From Caecitellus pseudoparvulus (taxonomy: Eukaryota > Protista > Bigyra: Bicosoecida): a DNA stretch of 38,983 nucleotides. Below, in pieces: positions 20,902 to 31,199 of this stretch. The position numbers and the translations under genes are program-made. The notes under the pieces are model-generated. The model made no database searches and had not been told where the DNA came from. It was given only the letters and a program-made list of their open reading frames with translations. Location of the stretch: NCBI GenBank assembly GCA_965644315.1, contig CBFFRQ010000003.1, positions 1 to 38,983 on the forward strand. Reading direction: 5' to 3'. Numbering within the stretch: the first letter of the stretch is position 1; every line of letters begins with the position of its first letter.

Positions 20902-23900
20902 GAAGCTATTTCCGCACCTTTTTTGCTGAGATGCCGGACACCCCAACCTTGGGGGGGGTGCCCCCCTTGTGGACCCCCCCCCTTTCGCCGCCCGTGTGCA
21001 AGGTGCTGAGAGACGCTCATCCTCCTCCCTCCGCCTGCTTGCCAGCGCTGGTCCCCGAGCAGGGTCAAGTGCCACTTTGCCATCAATGCACCAAATCATA
21101 ACACTGTTTTGTATTTGAGGCTTGATATTTACGCCCCTAGGCTCCTGAACACAACCAGGTTCGTTTGCAACGGAGGTGCTGTCAGCCGGGGTTTCGGTCA
21201 CGTTTCACTTTACGCCTCATCATGGCAGAGGGCACGGCTGAGTCTGGGGAGGATGTGACTGTCGCTGAGCTCCCTCGAGCTGTTAGATTGTCAACTGAAT
21301 TGAAGGTTTTCTTCCGCAACGGCTGCCTCTTGCGAGAGCTTTGCAGCCGGGAGGCACTCCGTCACTTCTGCGACACCAAGACCAAGAATCAAGGGAAGGC
21401 TGCAGTTGAGAAGTGGAGGGCTGTGTGCCCAGATCTACGCATTGGCAACTTCCCCCTGCTTGCAATTCTTGGGCTGAAGGGTTGGAAGGCAAAAGGGAAC
21501 AGTCTCGCGGATTTCCAGCGGTCAGATTCGCGCACTGGAAAACCAATCCTGTGGTCCGAGACCCTGAAGTGCTTCGTTGAAGCACGAAAGGAAACGCTTC
21601 TCAGAAAGCACCTGCCGGCCAAGCATCACATGACCAAGCAAGAAGTTCTTGCACTGGCCAAAACGTTCAGTGTTGAGAAGCCCATGAAAGCTCAGTCTGA
21701 CAGTGAGGCATACAGAGCCCTGGGACACGTCACACGGAACCTCGTGCATGAGGCACAGGTACTTGTCGAGTCAGTGCCTGTCTCGGGAGAGACGATCGCT
21801 CATGATAGCAAGTCTCACTCGCGAATCGCTCAAAAACTTCTGGTGCAGAACTTCGCTTCCTATGGGCTGTCGCCGCAACAGATTGCGAAGGTGATGTCCC
21901 CTGAGAACCACATGCTGATGACCGTATGGGGTTCAGAAGCCTCTTCAAGCACGATGTACAGGGACATTCGACAAGCAGCCGATGACATAACTGCTGATCT
22001 GCGCAAGAAGCTGGCAGAGAAACCAGAAGCCATGGTGTCCCTTCAAGTGGATGACACAAGCATCAGCCACACGATGCTGAATTGTACTACAGTCGTGCTG
22101 TCATGCCCTTCGCTGCTTCCAGAGCCGATTCCTTGCCGAGTTTTCTTGAAGGTAGATCATTCAGATGCCCGTGCAATCACGGAGCAGATCCTTGTGGTCC
22201 TGTACGAGCTGGATCTCAACCCAGCCAGACTGGCTGGGATTGTATGTGACAACGCCACGGTCAATGTGAGGGCCATCAAAGACTTGCAACGCCTCGGCAG
22301 CGCAATCTCTGCGCTGCCTGCTGGTGAAAGCTGCCGTCGTGAAGTGGAATGCGCACTTGGGCATCGCCTCGATGGTCTAACCAAGGAAGCTGCTGCTGCG
22401 CTCGGCCGCATTCAATGCCAGGAGGAAGTGAGAAGGCGAGATGCAGCAGGCCTGGGTGACGACTACTTTGACCTAAGTACACCTGTAGCTGCCACTCCTT
22501 CTCGGGATCCTGGACCTGAGGTTGAGATTGTTGATCCCGTCACAAATCTGACAAGGAGGGAGATTGAGGAAGCAGCTTCGACTGATTTCATGCGCGTGCG
22601 CGATGATTCTGTTCCACATAAAAAGCTGGACGAGAGCAAGGCTACATTTTGCCGACGAGTGCTGTGTGAGTGGCTTGACTCCAGTTCTGTCAGGAAGGGG
22701 ATGGCGAGCTTGGCACTGCTGCCACGCGTGCCCTGCATGGCACACTCGGCAGCATTGGCCGTGGGGGAAGTGTTCGACGAATTCGAGTGGGGTGTTGAAG
22801 TTTGTCAGCGCGTCAAAGACCTCTTTGCTGGCCAGAACCCTGCTCCCCATCGCGAGTCTGCCAAGGCGGCATCGGCTTACTCGTCTGACTACCTCTTCGC
22901 ACCTACACGCTGGGGCAGTGTATGGAAAGCTGCGAAAGCGATCCTAATCAAAAGGAAGGCCTTGATTGCGTGGCTTTCAGCTCAGTCGCGTTCCGGCTCG
23001 GGGTCTAACACAACTGTGTTTGAGAACAAGGCAGAAAGGGCATTGAATAATCTGCGCAGGTTTGACACAATGCTGCAGCTTGCAGCAATGGTTGAAGTGG
23101 CAAGACCACTTGTGAGCATGATTGAAAAGTTGCAAAGTCACATGGGTCATGAGGGTGGTACAGAAATGTTTGCATTTGTTGAGAACAAGCTGAGAGAAAT
23201 TAGACAAGGGCAACGTCAACCCACGCTCTCTGCTGAGGTACTCATAGTCGGTGCAGACCGGGCAGGAAGAGCAAAGTGTCTAGCTGAGCTTGATGGGAGC
23301 TTTATACGTGACTCAGATTCTGCGAGAAGATACCTGCCAGCTCCGCAGCACGCTCGAGCAACCGCCGCTAAGTTGCGCCTCCAGGCTGCGGATCGGGGAT
23401 GGAGGAAGCTCAAGGAGTGGGGCGCAGTCATCGCCGCCAGGTGGAAGCTCATGGACCTGCTGCGCCCACGGCCAGACGCTGGTCTTCGCTTTGCACACCT
23501 CGAAAAGTCAGTCCCCAAGTACTACACGCACGCAGAGCCTGGGAAGCTTCCCCGTTCTGCTAGGTTCTGTGTTTTGGTCATGAACCTTTGCAGAGGGCAG
23601 ATAAACCATGGACAAGAGCTGCTACACTTGTTGAACAACAACGTGGGGACTGCTTTGCAAATTGAGGAAGAGTGGCGTCACTTTGTCGCATACTGTGAGA
23701 GTCACCGAGAGCTTGCTTGCCTTGAGATCGGCAGCGATGGCAGAAAGCAAGCCGAGCCCTGCAAAGATCTGGAGGCATGGTGGAGAGAAAAACGAAGAAC
23801 TTGGCCTCTCCTCTCCCGTATAGCGCAGGCATTGTACTCAACACCAGTCACAAGTGCAGGCGCTGAGCGCTTCTTCTCCGTGCTGACCGACTGGTGTGCC

Positions 23901-25018
23901 AGTGGCAAGAGGACCAGGGCACACACACAATTGCTTGGCAGCCAACTTCTGCTGCTTTCCAATCAGCAGTTTGTGACTCGGCGCATCAGGGACTGGCTGA
24001 CCCCACGCTTCAAAGTGTGCAACTCTTCAGTCGACTCTGTTCGCCAGGAGCAGGGCCAGGCACTCGTCAAGGGCCTGGATGGGCTAGCTGGGCAGCTTGT
24101 TTCCTCTCGAGTTGCCCCTGCTGCGCGTGCATGCTCACTTGCCGGGGCTTCAGCTGCCCCTTCACGCCGGGCTGTTGGTGGCAAGAAGAGAGTCCGAGCG
24201 GGAGGAGCGCCTCCAAGCGGTCCCAAGAAGGCGCCGAGGTCCGGTGGAGGGAAGCAGGGAACGCTTGATGACGTGTGGAGAAACAGATCAGGTGCTGAAG
24301 ATAGCATACCAATGCAAAGTTGGCTTTGAGGCACTGATCTTGGCGGGCTTTCTTTTCAGGCCCGAGACACTGCTTGCGGAGACAAGTTTCAAGGATGGTC
24401 CAGGCGGGTGGATCCGGGAGCTCAATGGAGGCGCCTCTCCTGCTTGATACTAATTCCCTTTTGCGCGATTTGGGCAAGGTTTCATCGCAAAGTGTGTCTG
24501 CATACTATTTCCACCCCTCATGGCTTTCGCTCCTTGTACAGGAGGGCGTACGCGGAGCTCTGGGCATCCAGGCAAGCGACACCACACAGACCACAGATCA
24601 CCACGCCAACCAAAACAGTGCCGTACAAGCAGTATCGCACACATTTTGCAGTATTTGGGCTTGGTACCGTGTTGAGTAGGACAAGATTGCCTGCCCAGAT
24701 GCAAAGCTGCAGCAATATCTGTACAAATAATCAAATATGACCATAAAGTTGCTTGCGTGCTCTGCCAAGGATTGGGTATCTCACTTGAAGCGCATTCAAA
24801 CGGACACAGATTCACAGAGGATGACACAAAAAGACGCATTCTACCCATAAGGCGCTGCAATGGACCACAGGATATCGTTTATTGAGGTCTTTGAGGGGGG
24901 GTTCAAGAACTGGCCGAAGGCCAGTTCCCGGACACCCGGGTGTCCAGCTGGAGGGGCCGAAGGCCCCCTTCAGCCGGACACCCGAAGGGTGCGGAGCCGG
25001 ACACCCTGACGATCCCTG
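20880..25018 (+). mobile_element. complete hAT-superfamily DNA transposon (4139 bp)
   Basis: Perfect 22-bp TIRs (CAGGGATCGTCAGGGTGTCCGG), a perfect 8-bp TSD AACACAAT (20872-20879 and 25019-25026) and a single long hAT transposase ORF. Confidence 0.96.
21222..24329 (+). CDS. hAT transposase (~1035 aa) with C-terminal hAT dimerization domain
   Basis: SLQVDDTS (D1), GIVCDNATVN (D2), PCMAH (CxxH), PTRWGS, and WW...RTWPLLSRIA..LYSTPVTSAGAERFFS (E, dimerization domain). Basic C-terminal NLS-like GKKRVR/PKK. No stops or frameshifts. Confidence 0.93.
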   Translation: MAEGTAESGEDVTVAELPRAVRLSTELKVFFRNGCLLRELCSREALRHFCDTKTKNQGKAAVEKWRAVCPDLRIGNFPLLAILGLKGWKAKGNSLADFQRSDSRTGKPILWSETLKCFVEARKETLLRKHLPAKHHMTKQEVLALAKTFSVEKPMKAQSDSEAYRALGHVTRNLVHEAQVLVESVPVSGETIAHDSKSHSRIAQKLLVQNFASYGLSPQQIAKVMSPENHMLMTVWGSEASSSTMYRDIRQAADDITADLRKKLAEKPEAMVSLQVDDTSISHTMLNCTTVVLSCPSLLPEPIPCRVFLKVDHSDARAITEQILVVLYELDLNPARLAGIVCDNATVNVRAIKDLQRLGSAISALPAGESCRREVECALGHRLDGLTKEAAAALGRIQCQEEVRRRDAAGLGDDYFDLSTPVAATPSRDPGPEVEIVDPVTNLTRREIEEAASTDFMRVRDDSVPHKKLDESKATFCRRVLCEWLDSSSVRKGMASLALLPRVPCMAHSAALAVGEVFDEFEWGVEVCQRVKDLFAGQNPAPHRESAKAASAYSSDYLFAPTRWGSVWKAAKAILIKRKALIAWLSAQSRSGSGSNTTVFENKAERALNNLRRFDTMLQLAAMVEVARPLVSMIEKLQSHMGHEGGTEMFAFVENKLREIRQGQRQPTLSAEVLIVGADRAGRAKCLAELDGSFIRDSDSARRYLPAPQHARATAAKLRLQAADRGWRKLKEWGAVIAARWKLMDLLRPRPDAGLRFAHLEKSVPKYYTHAEPGKLPRSARFCVLVMNLCRGQINHGQELLHLLNNNVGTALQIEEEWRHFVAYCESHRELACLEIGSDGRKQAEPCKDLEAWWREKRRTWPLLSRIAQALYSTPVTSAGAERFFSVLTDWCASGKRTRAHTQLLGSQLLLLSNQQFVTRRIRDWLTPRFKVCNSSVDSVRQEQGQALVKGLDGLAGQLVSSRVAPAARACSLAGASAAPSRRAVGGKKRVRAGGAPPSGPKKAPRSGGGKQGTLDDVWRNRSGAEDSIPMQSWL

Positions 25019-25026
25019 AACACAAT
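24997..25026 (-). repeat. hAT right TIR (24997-25018) and right TSD (25019-25026)
   Basis: CCGGACACCCTGACGATCCCTG followed by AACACAAT. Confidence 0.95.
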
Positions 25027-25207
25027 TCCTCGGCAACATGTCGCGCTGCACCTGCACCCACAAGGCGCCTTTGATTGAGCAGGTTGAGCGTGTGGTCCCA
25101 CAGCCCGAAAGGACCTCCTTGCATCGACCGTTGTGCCGCAGAAACGTGCGCGAAACGCGGCCTGTTTTTTGGCATTGTCAGCGACTTGCAGGTCGCTGGG
25201 GAGTAGC

Positions 25208-27541
25208 ATGGACATTTACAACTTTGATGTCAGCGATGATGAAAGCCAGGATGGAGCGCCTCTCCACCAGCACCGTCCTGGTCCCCAGCACCACGGCAAA
25301 GGGAAAAAGACGCGCGCAGAGCTGCTGGCCCAAGCTAGAAGCCTGCGGCGAAGCAAGCCCACTGCGCAGTGCGTCTCCTGCGCGGCACTGCCTGATCTCT
25401 CCCGCGTGTTGCACTCCCTGCATGGCTTGACATCCCTTTGCAGGGCACGGCAGCAACCCAGTGAGACGTTCTCTGACTCCAGCAGCCTGGACATGTCTGA
25501 AGAAGGTAGTGCTTCCTTGACAAGCCCAGGGTTGCCAGCTGGGCGCCCTCCGCCAGGTCCATTCAGTTCCCAATCCTCCAAGGGACTAGGGGGAGTTGAC
25601 ACTTTCGCCTCTGTGCACGGAGCAGGGTTGGGGACCGTTGCAGAGGGCGACAGCGATACAGATGGAGATGACCTGAGCTTCGGCACAAGCGCCAGCTTGT
25701 CCCAAAGCCTGCCGCAGGGCGCGGGCGCTTCGCAGCCCACAGGGGGAGCTGTCCAGTACAAGTACCACACTGCTCAGGGACGCGTCGCATCTTCCAGCGG
25801 GCAGCCTGCCCTGGGCGCTTTCGGTGCTCCCTCGACTCCCGACAGCGGGGGCAGCGGGGACAGCGCCCTGGACATCGTGGAGGAGTCTGTGCACGAGGTC
25901 TCCTCAGAGCCCAGCTCTTCGCCTTCAAAGCCGAGCCTTGCACTTGCCCCATCACAGCCCGTTCCCAGGCAAGCCGCGTTCCGGGAGGGCGACGCTGTGC
26001 AAGCCATGTGGGGAGGTACTTCGGGCGGGGGGGAGTGGTACGATGGCGTCGTGGCAGGCGTCCACCAAGACGGAACGTACCGCATCCATTACAACGATGG
26101 GGATGTAGAGGAAGCGGTTGAGGGGCAGTTCATGCGCGCTGCTGCTGCGCCGCCTGCTGCGACGACTGCCCCAGGTCACGCTTCAGACGCACTTGCTCAC
26201 CAGCCTGCCATGTCCGCGGCAGCCAGGCCCGCCAGCCCTGTGGCCTCTGTTGTAACCAGTGTCTTGGAGTCTGAACAAGGCGACGGCTTTGCCGAGACTG
26301 GCCATGCTGAGTACAGCGCTGATGACTTTGAAGCGACAGGCGATGATGATGGGTGGGGGATGGGGGGGGAGCCTAGCAGCGACGCTGGGCAGCGTGCGCG
26401 CGGCTTTGAGCCGGCGGCAACTCAAGATACAGACGCGGGGTACAGCATGACCTTTGAAGATGCAGATGCCAGTGTGTCGCTCAGCGCAGCTATGCGGCCC
26501 GCAGCGGCACCGAGGCAGCACGATGGCGATGGGGTCCCGCAGGAGCGGCCCCCCCTCCGCACTGCACCCGCTGCTGACGCGGCATCAGCGCAGCCTGTAT
26601 ACCCTGGCTCAGTGCAAGGGAGTCGCAGAGACTGGGCACCGGCAGAGGCCGCTGCCGCTCCTCCCTTGCCCGAGCAACAGGCTGACCCACGGCCCCAGCA
26701 GGCGTTCAGTGCTCCTCAACATGGGAGTGGGCTGCAGGCCCCCATCGGTGCGAGCTCAGGCTGGGGCGGCGCAGCGCCGTATGTGCATGGAAACATGGGG
26801 CAGGCAGCAACCCCCCCACCACCTGCATCTGCCCCATCGTTCGGACCACACTGGGGCTACCCACCACCATGGGCCACCACAGCGCCAGGCCCGACACATC
26901 AAGGGGGCTATGCAGCCCCTCCCCACCCATGGTACTCGGGGCACATGGCGCCCCCGTGGCCCGGTCCTTACCCGCACGCCTCGCCGGTCTTTCAGCCCCT
27001 CATGCAAGCTCCCCCCGCGACGACGGCAGCGACAGCTGTGTACTTGCAGGCTTTGGCATCGGGGCTGGCGCCAGGAGCGGCAGGCAGGACTCCCCATGCA
27101 GGGGTGACCTCTGCCCTGGATCGGTACTCAAGGTCCCTATCCTCTGCAGACAAGCTGTTCAAGCGGCAGCTGCAGTCCCTCCGCTCTCAGCTTGACACCA
27201 TCAAGGCTCTTCGTGAGCGCACGAAAGTGCTGTCTGGGCCTTTCAGCGTCAGCAGCGAGGGTGGCAGCGACGGGACGGGACGGTCCTCCACTCCCACTCC
27301 CCCATCAGAGCACCGCTCCAGCCTGTCAACGGATGAACTGCCCAGGGCACCCACCCATGACTTTGCTCTGCCTCCGAGCATGCAGCACCTCGCAGCCCGA
27401 GGAGCCCCGTCAGGAGAGCTGCGCAGAGAGCCCCCACAGCGCTCAGCATTTGCTCTCACGTCAAAAGGTGCAGCTGCCGCGGCGGCAGCCGATTATCGCC
27501 AGCGCCACCGTGTTCCCCAGCTGTCCTCTTCGACTGCCTGA
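25208..27541 (+). CDS. mostly low-complexity protein with one Tudor/Agenet-like domain and a C-terminal coiled coil
   Basis: FREGDAVQAMW...EWYDGVVAGVHQDGTYRIHYNDGDVEE is a Tudor-like aromatic cage pattern. Flanks are Pro/Ala/Ser-rich. A probable in-frame 75-nt intron lies at 25369-25443 (GTGCGT...TTTGCAG). Confidence 0.7.
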   Translation: MDIYNFDVSDDESQDGAPLHQHRPGPQHHGKGKKTRAELLAQARSLRRSKPTAQCVSCAALPDLSRVLHSLHGLTSLCRARQQPSETFSDSSSLDMSEEGSASLTSPGLPAGRPPPGPFSSQSSKGLGGVDTFASVHGAGLGTVAEGDSDTDGDDLSFGTSASLSQSLPQGAGASQPTGGAVQYKYHTAQGRVASSSGQPALGAFGAPSTPDSGGSGDSALDIVEESVHEVSSEPSSSPSKPSLALAPSQPVPRQAAFREGDAVQAMWGGTSGGGEWYDGVVAGVHQDGTYRIHYNDGDVEEAVEGQFMRAAAAPPAATTAPGHASDALAHQPAMSAAARPASPVASVVTSVLESEQGDGFAETGHAEYSADDFEATGDDDGWGMGGEPSSDAGQRARGFEPAATQDTDAGYSMTFEDADASVSLSAAMRPAAAPRQHDGDGVPQERPPLRTAPAADAASAQPVYPGSVQGSRRDWAPAEAAAAPPLPEQQADPRPQQAFSAPQHGSGLQAPIGASSGWGGAAPYVHGNMGQAATPPPPASAPSFGPHWGYPPPWATTAPGPTHQGGYAAPPHPWYSGHMAPPWPGPYPHASPVFQPLMQAPPATTAATAVYLQALASGLAPGAAGRTPHAGVTSALDRYSRSLSSADKLFKRQLQSLRSQLDTIKALRERTKVLSGPFSVSSEGGSDGTGRSSTPTPPSEHRSSLSTDELPRAPTHDFALPPSMQHLAARGAPSGELRREPPQRSAFALTSKGAAAAAAADYRQRHRVPQLSSSTA

Positions 27542-27844
27542 CGCCAGCCACGGCGAGAGGGCTGTCAATGCAGCCCCAACCGCCCCACCCCTGGCACACT
27601 TTGCGCCACAGGCCACAATAAGTTCCCGCACGCCTGCCCCAACGAAACATTATTCAGAGCCATTGCCCTCGTTTTGAAGGTCCCCCACATTCAGCGTGTC
27701 GTGGCGCCAGCTGACGCCGTGTTACGTGGCGTTTCGGGGTTGGCCACGGAGAAAGTGAGGGGCATTCAGTGCTCAGCTGCGTGCTTCAACGGACTAGGCA
27801 CCTGCGGCGGCTTTATCACACACTTTGAGTATCTTCATACAAGC

Positions 27845-30351
27845 ATGCTAGCCACAGTGCAGCGCGCGGAGCGCCTGCTGGGGCAGCGGGTACGTGGTGG
27901 TGGCTTCGCTGATGGAGACGCCACGTTGGTGCTGAGCACGTGACGCGTGCCCCCTCCCGTGCCCCCCAGGTACCGATGCATCGCATGAGCATGCTGCAAT
28001 CCATGCGCTGGGCTGCTCCCTTGTCTGGCTCCTCACATGTAGGTGGGGGGCTGGCGGCGAGCGTCGGGCGCGTGCTGCGCCTGACACCAACTCAGCAAGC
28101 AGCAGTGGAGGAGGTGTTGTCCGGCATGCTTTTCGGGCGAGCTCTGCCTGGTGGAGTTGGCAAGAAGGCCCCAGGTCAGAAGGGGGAGCTCCCCGCTGAC
28201 GCCACGAGCTCTGGAGGAGGGGGCAGGGGCAGCGGGCAGGGGGGGCCAGATGTACCAGAGGGCGGCCCCGCGTGGCTGGCTGCCGTGACCCTTGGCCTGG
28301 TGGCAGCGTTGGTGGGCATGGGCTACCTCGGGCGCAACTCTCCGCGAGGAAAAGAAATCACTTGGCAAGAGTTCCGGAACAATTACTTGGCCAAGGGCCT
28401 CGTGGACCGCCTGGAAGTCGTGAACAAGGAGCATGTGCAGGTGTACTTGGCTGCGCCTGCCGCAGCAGCGGAGAACCAAGCAGCCATGCAGGCAGCAGGT
28501 GCTGGCGACAGTGGAGACGCCTACGCAAGTGGCGCTGCAGATGCGTACGGCACGGGGGGAGGCGGTGCAGGCCGGCCCCGTGCCGGCAGCGGGCCCGCAG
28601 CCGCTGCCTCCGGCCCCTCAGTGTTCTTCCGCATCGGCTCCGTGGACACCTTCGAGCGCCAGCTCGAGGAGGCGCAGCTGGACATGCGCATCCCCCCCAG
28701 CCGCTTCGCTGCGGTGAAGCACATCTCAGCGACAGAGGTTGGGGATGTCGTGAAGTCCCTCCTGCCCGTCGCCCTCCTGGTGGGCTTGCTCATGTTCATG
28801 TCCAGCCGGGTGGGAGGCTCCATGGGGGGCGGTGGGCCGGGCGGCATCAACCGCGTCTTCAGCATCGGCAAGGCCTCCCCCAAGGTGAGCAAGGACTTGA
28901 AGGTCAAGGTGTCCTTCAAGGATGTGGCAGGCGTCGACGAGGCCAAGGCGGAGGTGATGGAGTTTGTGGAGTTCTTGAAGGACCCCGCCAAGTTCACACG
29001 GGTGGGCGCTAAGATACCTAAGGGTGCGCTGCTCGTGGGCCCTCCCGGCACGGGCAAGACGCTGCTGGCGAAGGCTGTCGCGGGGGAGGCGGACAAGCCC
29101 TTCTTCTCCATGTCTGGCTCTGACTTCATCGAGATGTTCGTCGGCGTGGGCCCGTCACGGGTGAGGGACCTCTTCCAGCAGGCTCGCGACAGTGCCCCTT
29201 GCATCGTCTTCATTGACGAGATTGATGCTGTGGCGCGGGCACGAGGCAAAGGCGGCATGGCTGGCGGCAATGATGAGAGGGAAAACACCCTGAACCAGCT
29301 GTTGGTGGAGATGGATGGTTTCTCCTCCACGGAAGGCGTGGTGGTGCTGGCCGGCACAAACCGTGTGGACATTCTTGACAAAGCCATCCTGCGGCCGGGT
29401 CGCTTTGACCGCCAAATCACAGTTGACAAGCCTGACATCGCCGGCCGCCGCGCAATCTTCAGGGTGCACCTGAACAACATCCCGCTGAAGGGCTCCGTGT
29501 CTTCGTACGCTCAGCGTCTGGCTGCGCTGACACCTGGCTTTGTGGGTGCCGACATTGCGAACATATGCAACGAGGCTGCCATCGTAGCGGCCAGGCGAGG
29601 AAAGGAGCAAGTTGACATGCTGGACTTTGATGCCGCTGTGGACCGCGTCATCGGCGGCCTGGAAAAGCGCAATGCCCTCATGACGCCCGAGGAGAAGAAG
29701 ACGGTGGCATACCACGAGGCAGGCCACGCCGTTGCGGGCTGGTTCCTGGAGCATGCGGACCCGCTGCTGAAGGTCACTATTGTGCCTCGTGGCTCTGGTG
29801 CGCTGGGCTTTGCCCAGTACTTGCCAAAGGAAGTGACTCTGTTCACGAAGGAGGCGCTTGTGGATCGCATCTGCATGGCGCTGGGTGGGCGAGCGGCAGA
29901 AGAAGTGTTCTTTGGCAAGATCACCACTGGCGCGTCAGATGACCTGGACCGCGTGACCCAGATGGCTTACGGTATGGTCACGGTGTATGGCATGTCCGAT
30001 GCCGTGGGCCAGCTTGCCTTCCCCCCCAAGGAGGAGACGCAGTTCACGAAGCCATACTCGGACGTTACTGCCTCCAAGATTGACACTGAGGTGCGGGGCA
30101 TCGTGGACAGCTGCTATGCTCGCACAGTTGACCTGCTGAAAGAAAAGCGCGAGGTCATGAAGCAGCTTGCAGAGGTGCTGTTGGAGAAGGAAACCATCAA
30201 CTCTCACGACTTGGTGCAAGTCTTGGGCCCTCGCCCCTTCCCCGTGAATGAGTCTCTGGCGCAGTACCTGGATACCAGCTGGGTGGCAGAGGAAGCTGCC
30301 AGAACTGATGCCACAGCGGGGCGCAGTGGAGGTGCTGCTGAGGAAAGGTAG
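27845..30351 (+). CDS. AFG3: mitochondrial m-AAA (FtsH-family, AFG3L2/paraplegin-type) ATP-dependent zinc metalloprotease, ~808 aa; exons 27845-27889, 27970-30351
   Basis: Two TM segments around EITWQEF...L..G.V..L.VVNK and FRIGSVDTFERQLEEAQ. Walker A GPPGTGKT, Walker B FIDEID, SRH (TNR.D.LD.A..RPGRFDR) and HEAGH zinc motif. One 80-nt intron. Confidence 0.92.
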
Positions 30352-31199
30352 GCAAAGTCTCTCGACCATCTCATGTGAAGGTGCGCCTCATTCCAGGCCA
30401 ATGCTCGGGCGGCGCAGAGGGTCGAAAGTTGCCTGTGCGTTACGCACATTGAAAGGCACATTTCGAGATCGTTCGCTCCTTGTCACTTCGTCAAAAGTTG
30501 GTGGTGCCCGCTGCACAAAGGTAGGTAGCTGATGAGCCCCCACCACGTCCCCGGCTCCGAAGGCACAGCCCCCCTGCTGCCCCGCCGTTCGCGAGTGTGG
30601 GGGCCGGAAGGATCGCAGCATGCATACAAGGGGAGGAGTCTCATCTTCGCCTTGGCACCTGAGTGCCGGGCAAGCAGCACGCTTGAATGGCAGGTAGTTG
30701 CAGCCGCCAGTGCACGTGCACAGACTCCCCCAGCCAAAATCCACCCGAGGTGCGCACGTCTCCCATGCACGCTTGCCACGTATCATCCGCGATTCTGCTG
30801 CCTAGGTTCTCCGCAGAGAGGAGGCACTTCTTCAGGCTCCACGGTTGCCTGGTTCTGCGCCAGCAGGGGGGTTTTGTGTGCACCGCACAAAAGTGCCAGG
30901 TTTCGCTGATTTAGGCTGAAAGGAAGCTACAGGACTACATAAGGAGGCTTGCAATGTCTCTGGAACAAGGAGCGCAGCGCCCTGCTGCTGTTCGAAAGTC
31001 CCGGTGGGGCGCCCGCAAGCCAAATTCCGCAGCACCCCCGCCACAAGTTGAACAGCCTGCGAAGGTGCAGCCGAGCCTGACCACGAAAGCTTTCAGTGCA
31101 GCGGTGCCAAGTAGCCATTTGGGCGCTTGCGCGAGTGGATTGAGCAGGCTTCAAGCCCTGCAAGTGGAAGAGGCCGTAGCCGTGGTGAAAGCCACAACT

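Noticed and set aside
20666-25430. Removing the hAT element fuses ORF 20666-20879 in frame with ORF 25038-25430, suggesting a disrupted gene
   Set aside because: The fused product has no recognisable features, lacks a good start and overlaps the Tudor gene out of frame; the insertion is more likely intergenic
28521-29480. 319-aa minus-strand ORF
   Set aside because: Antisense mirror of the conserved AAA domain of AFG3
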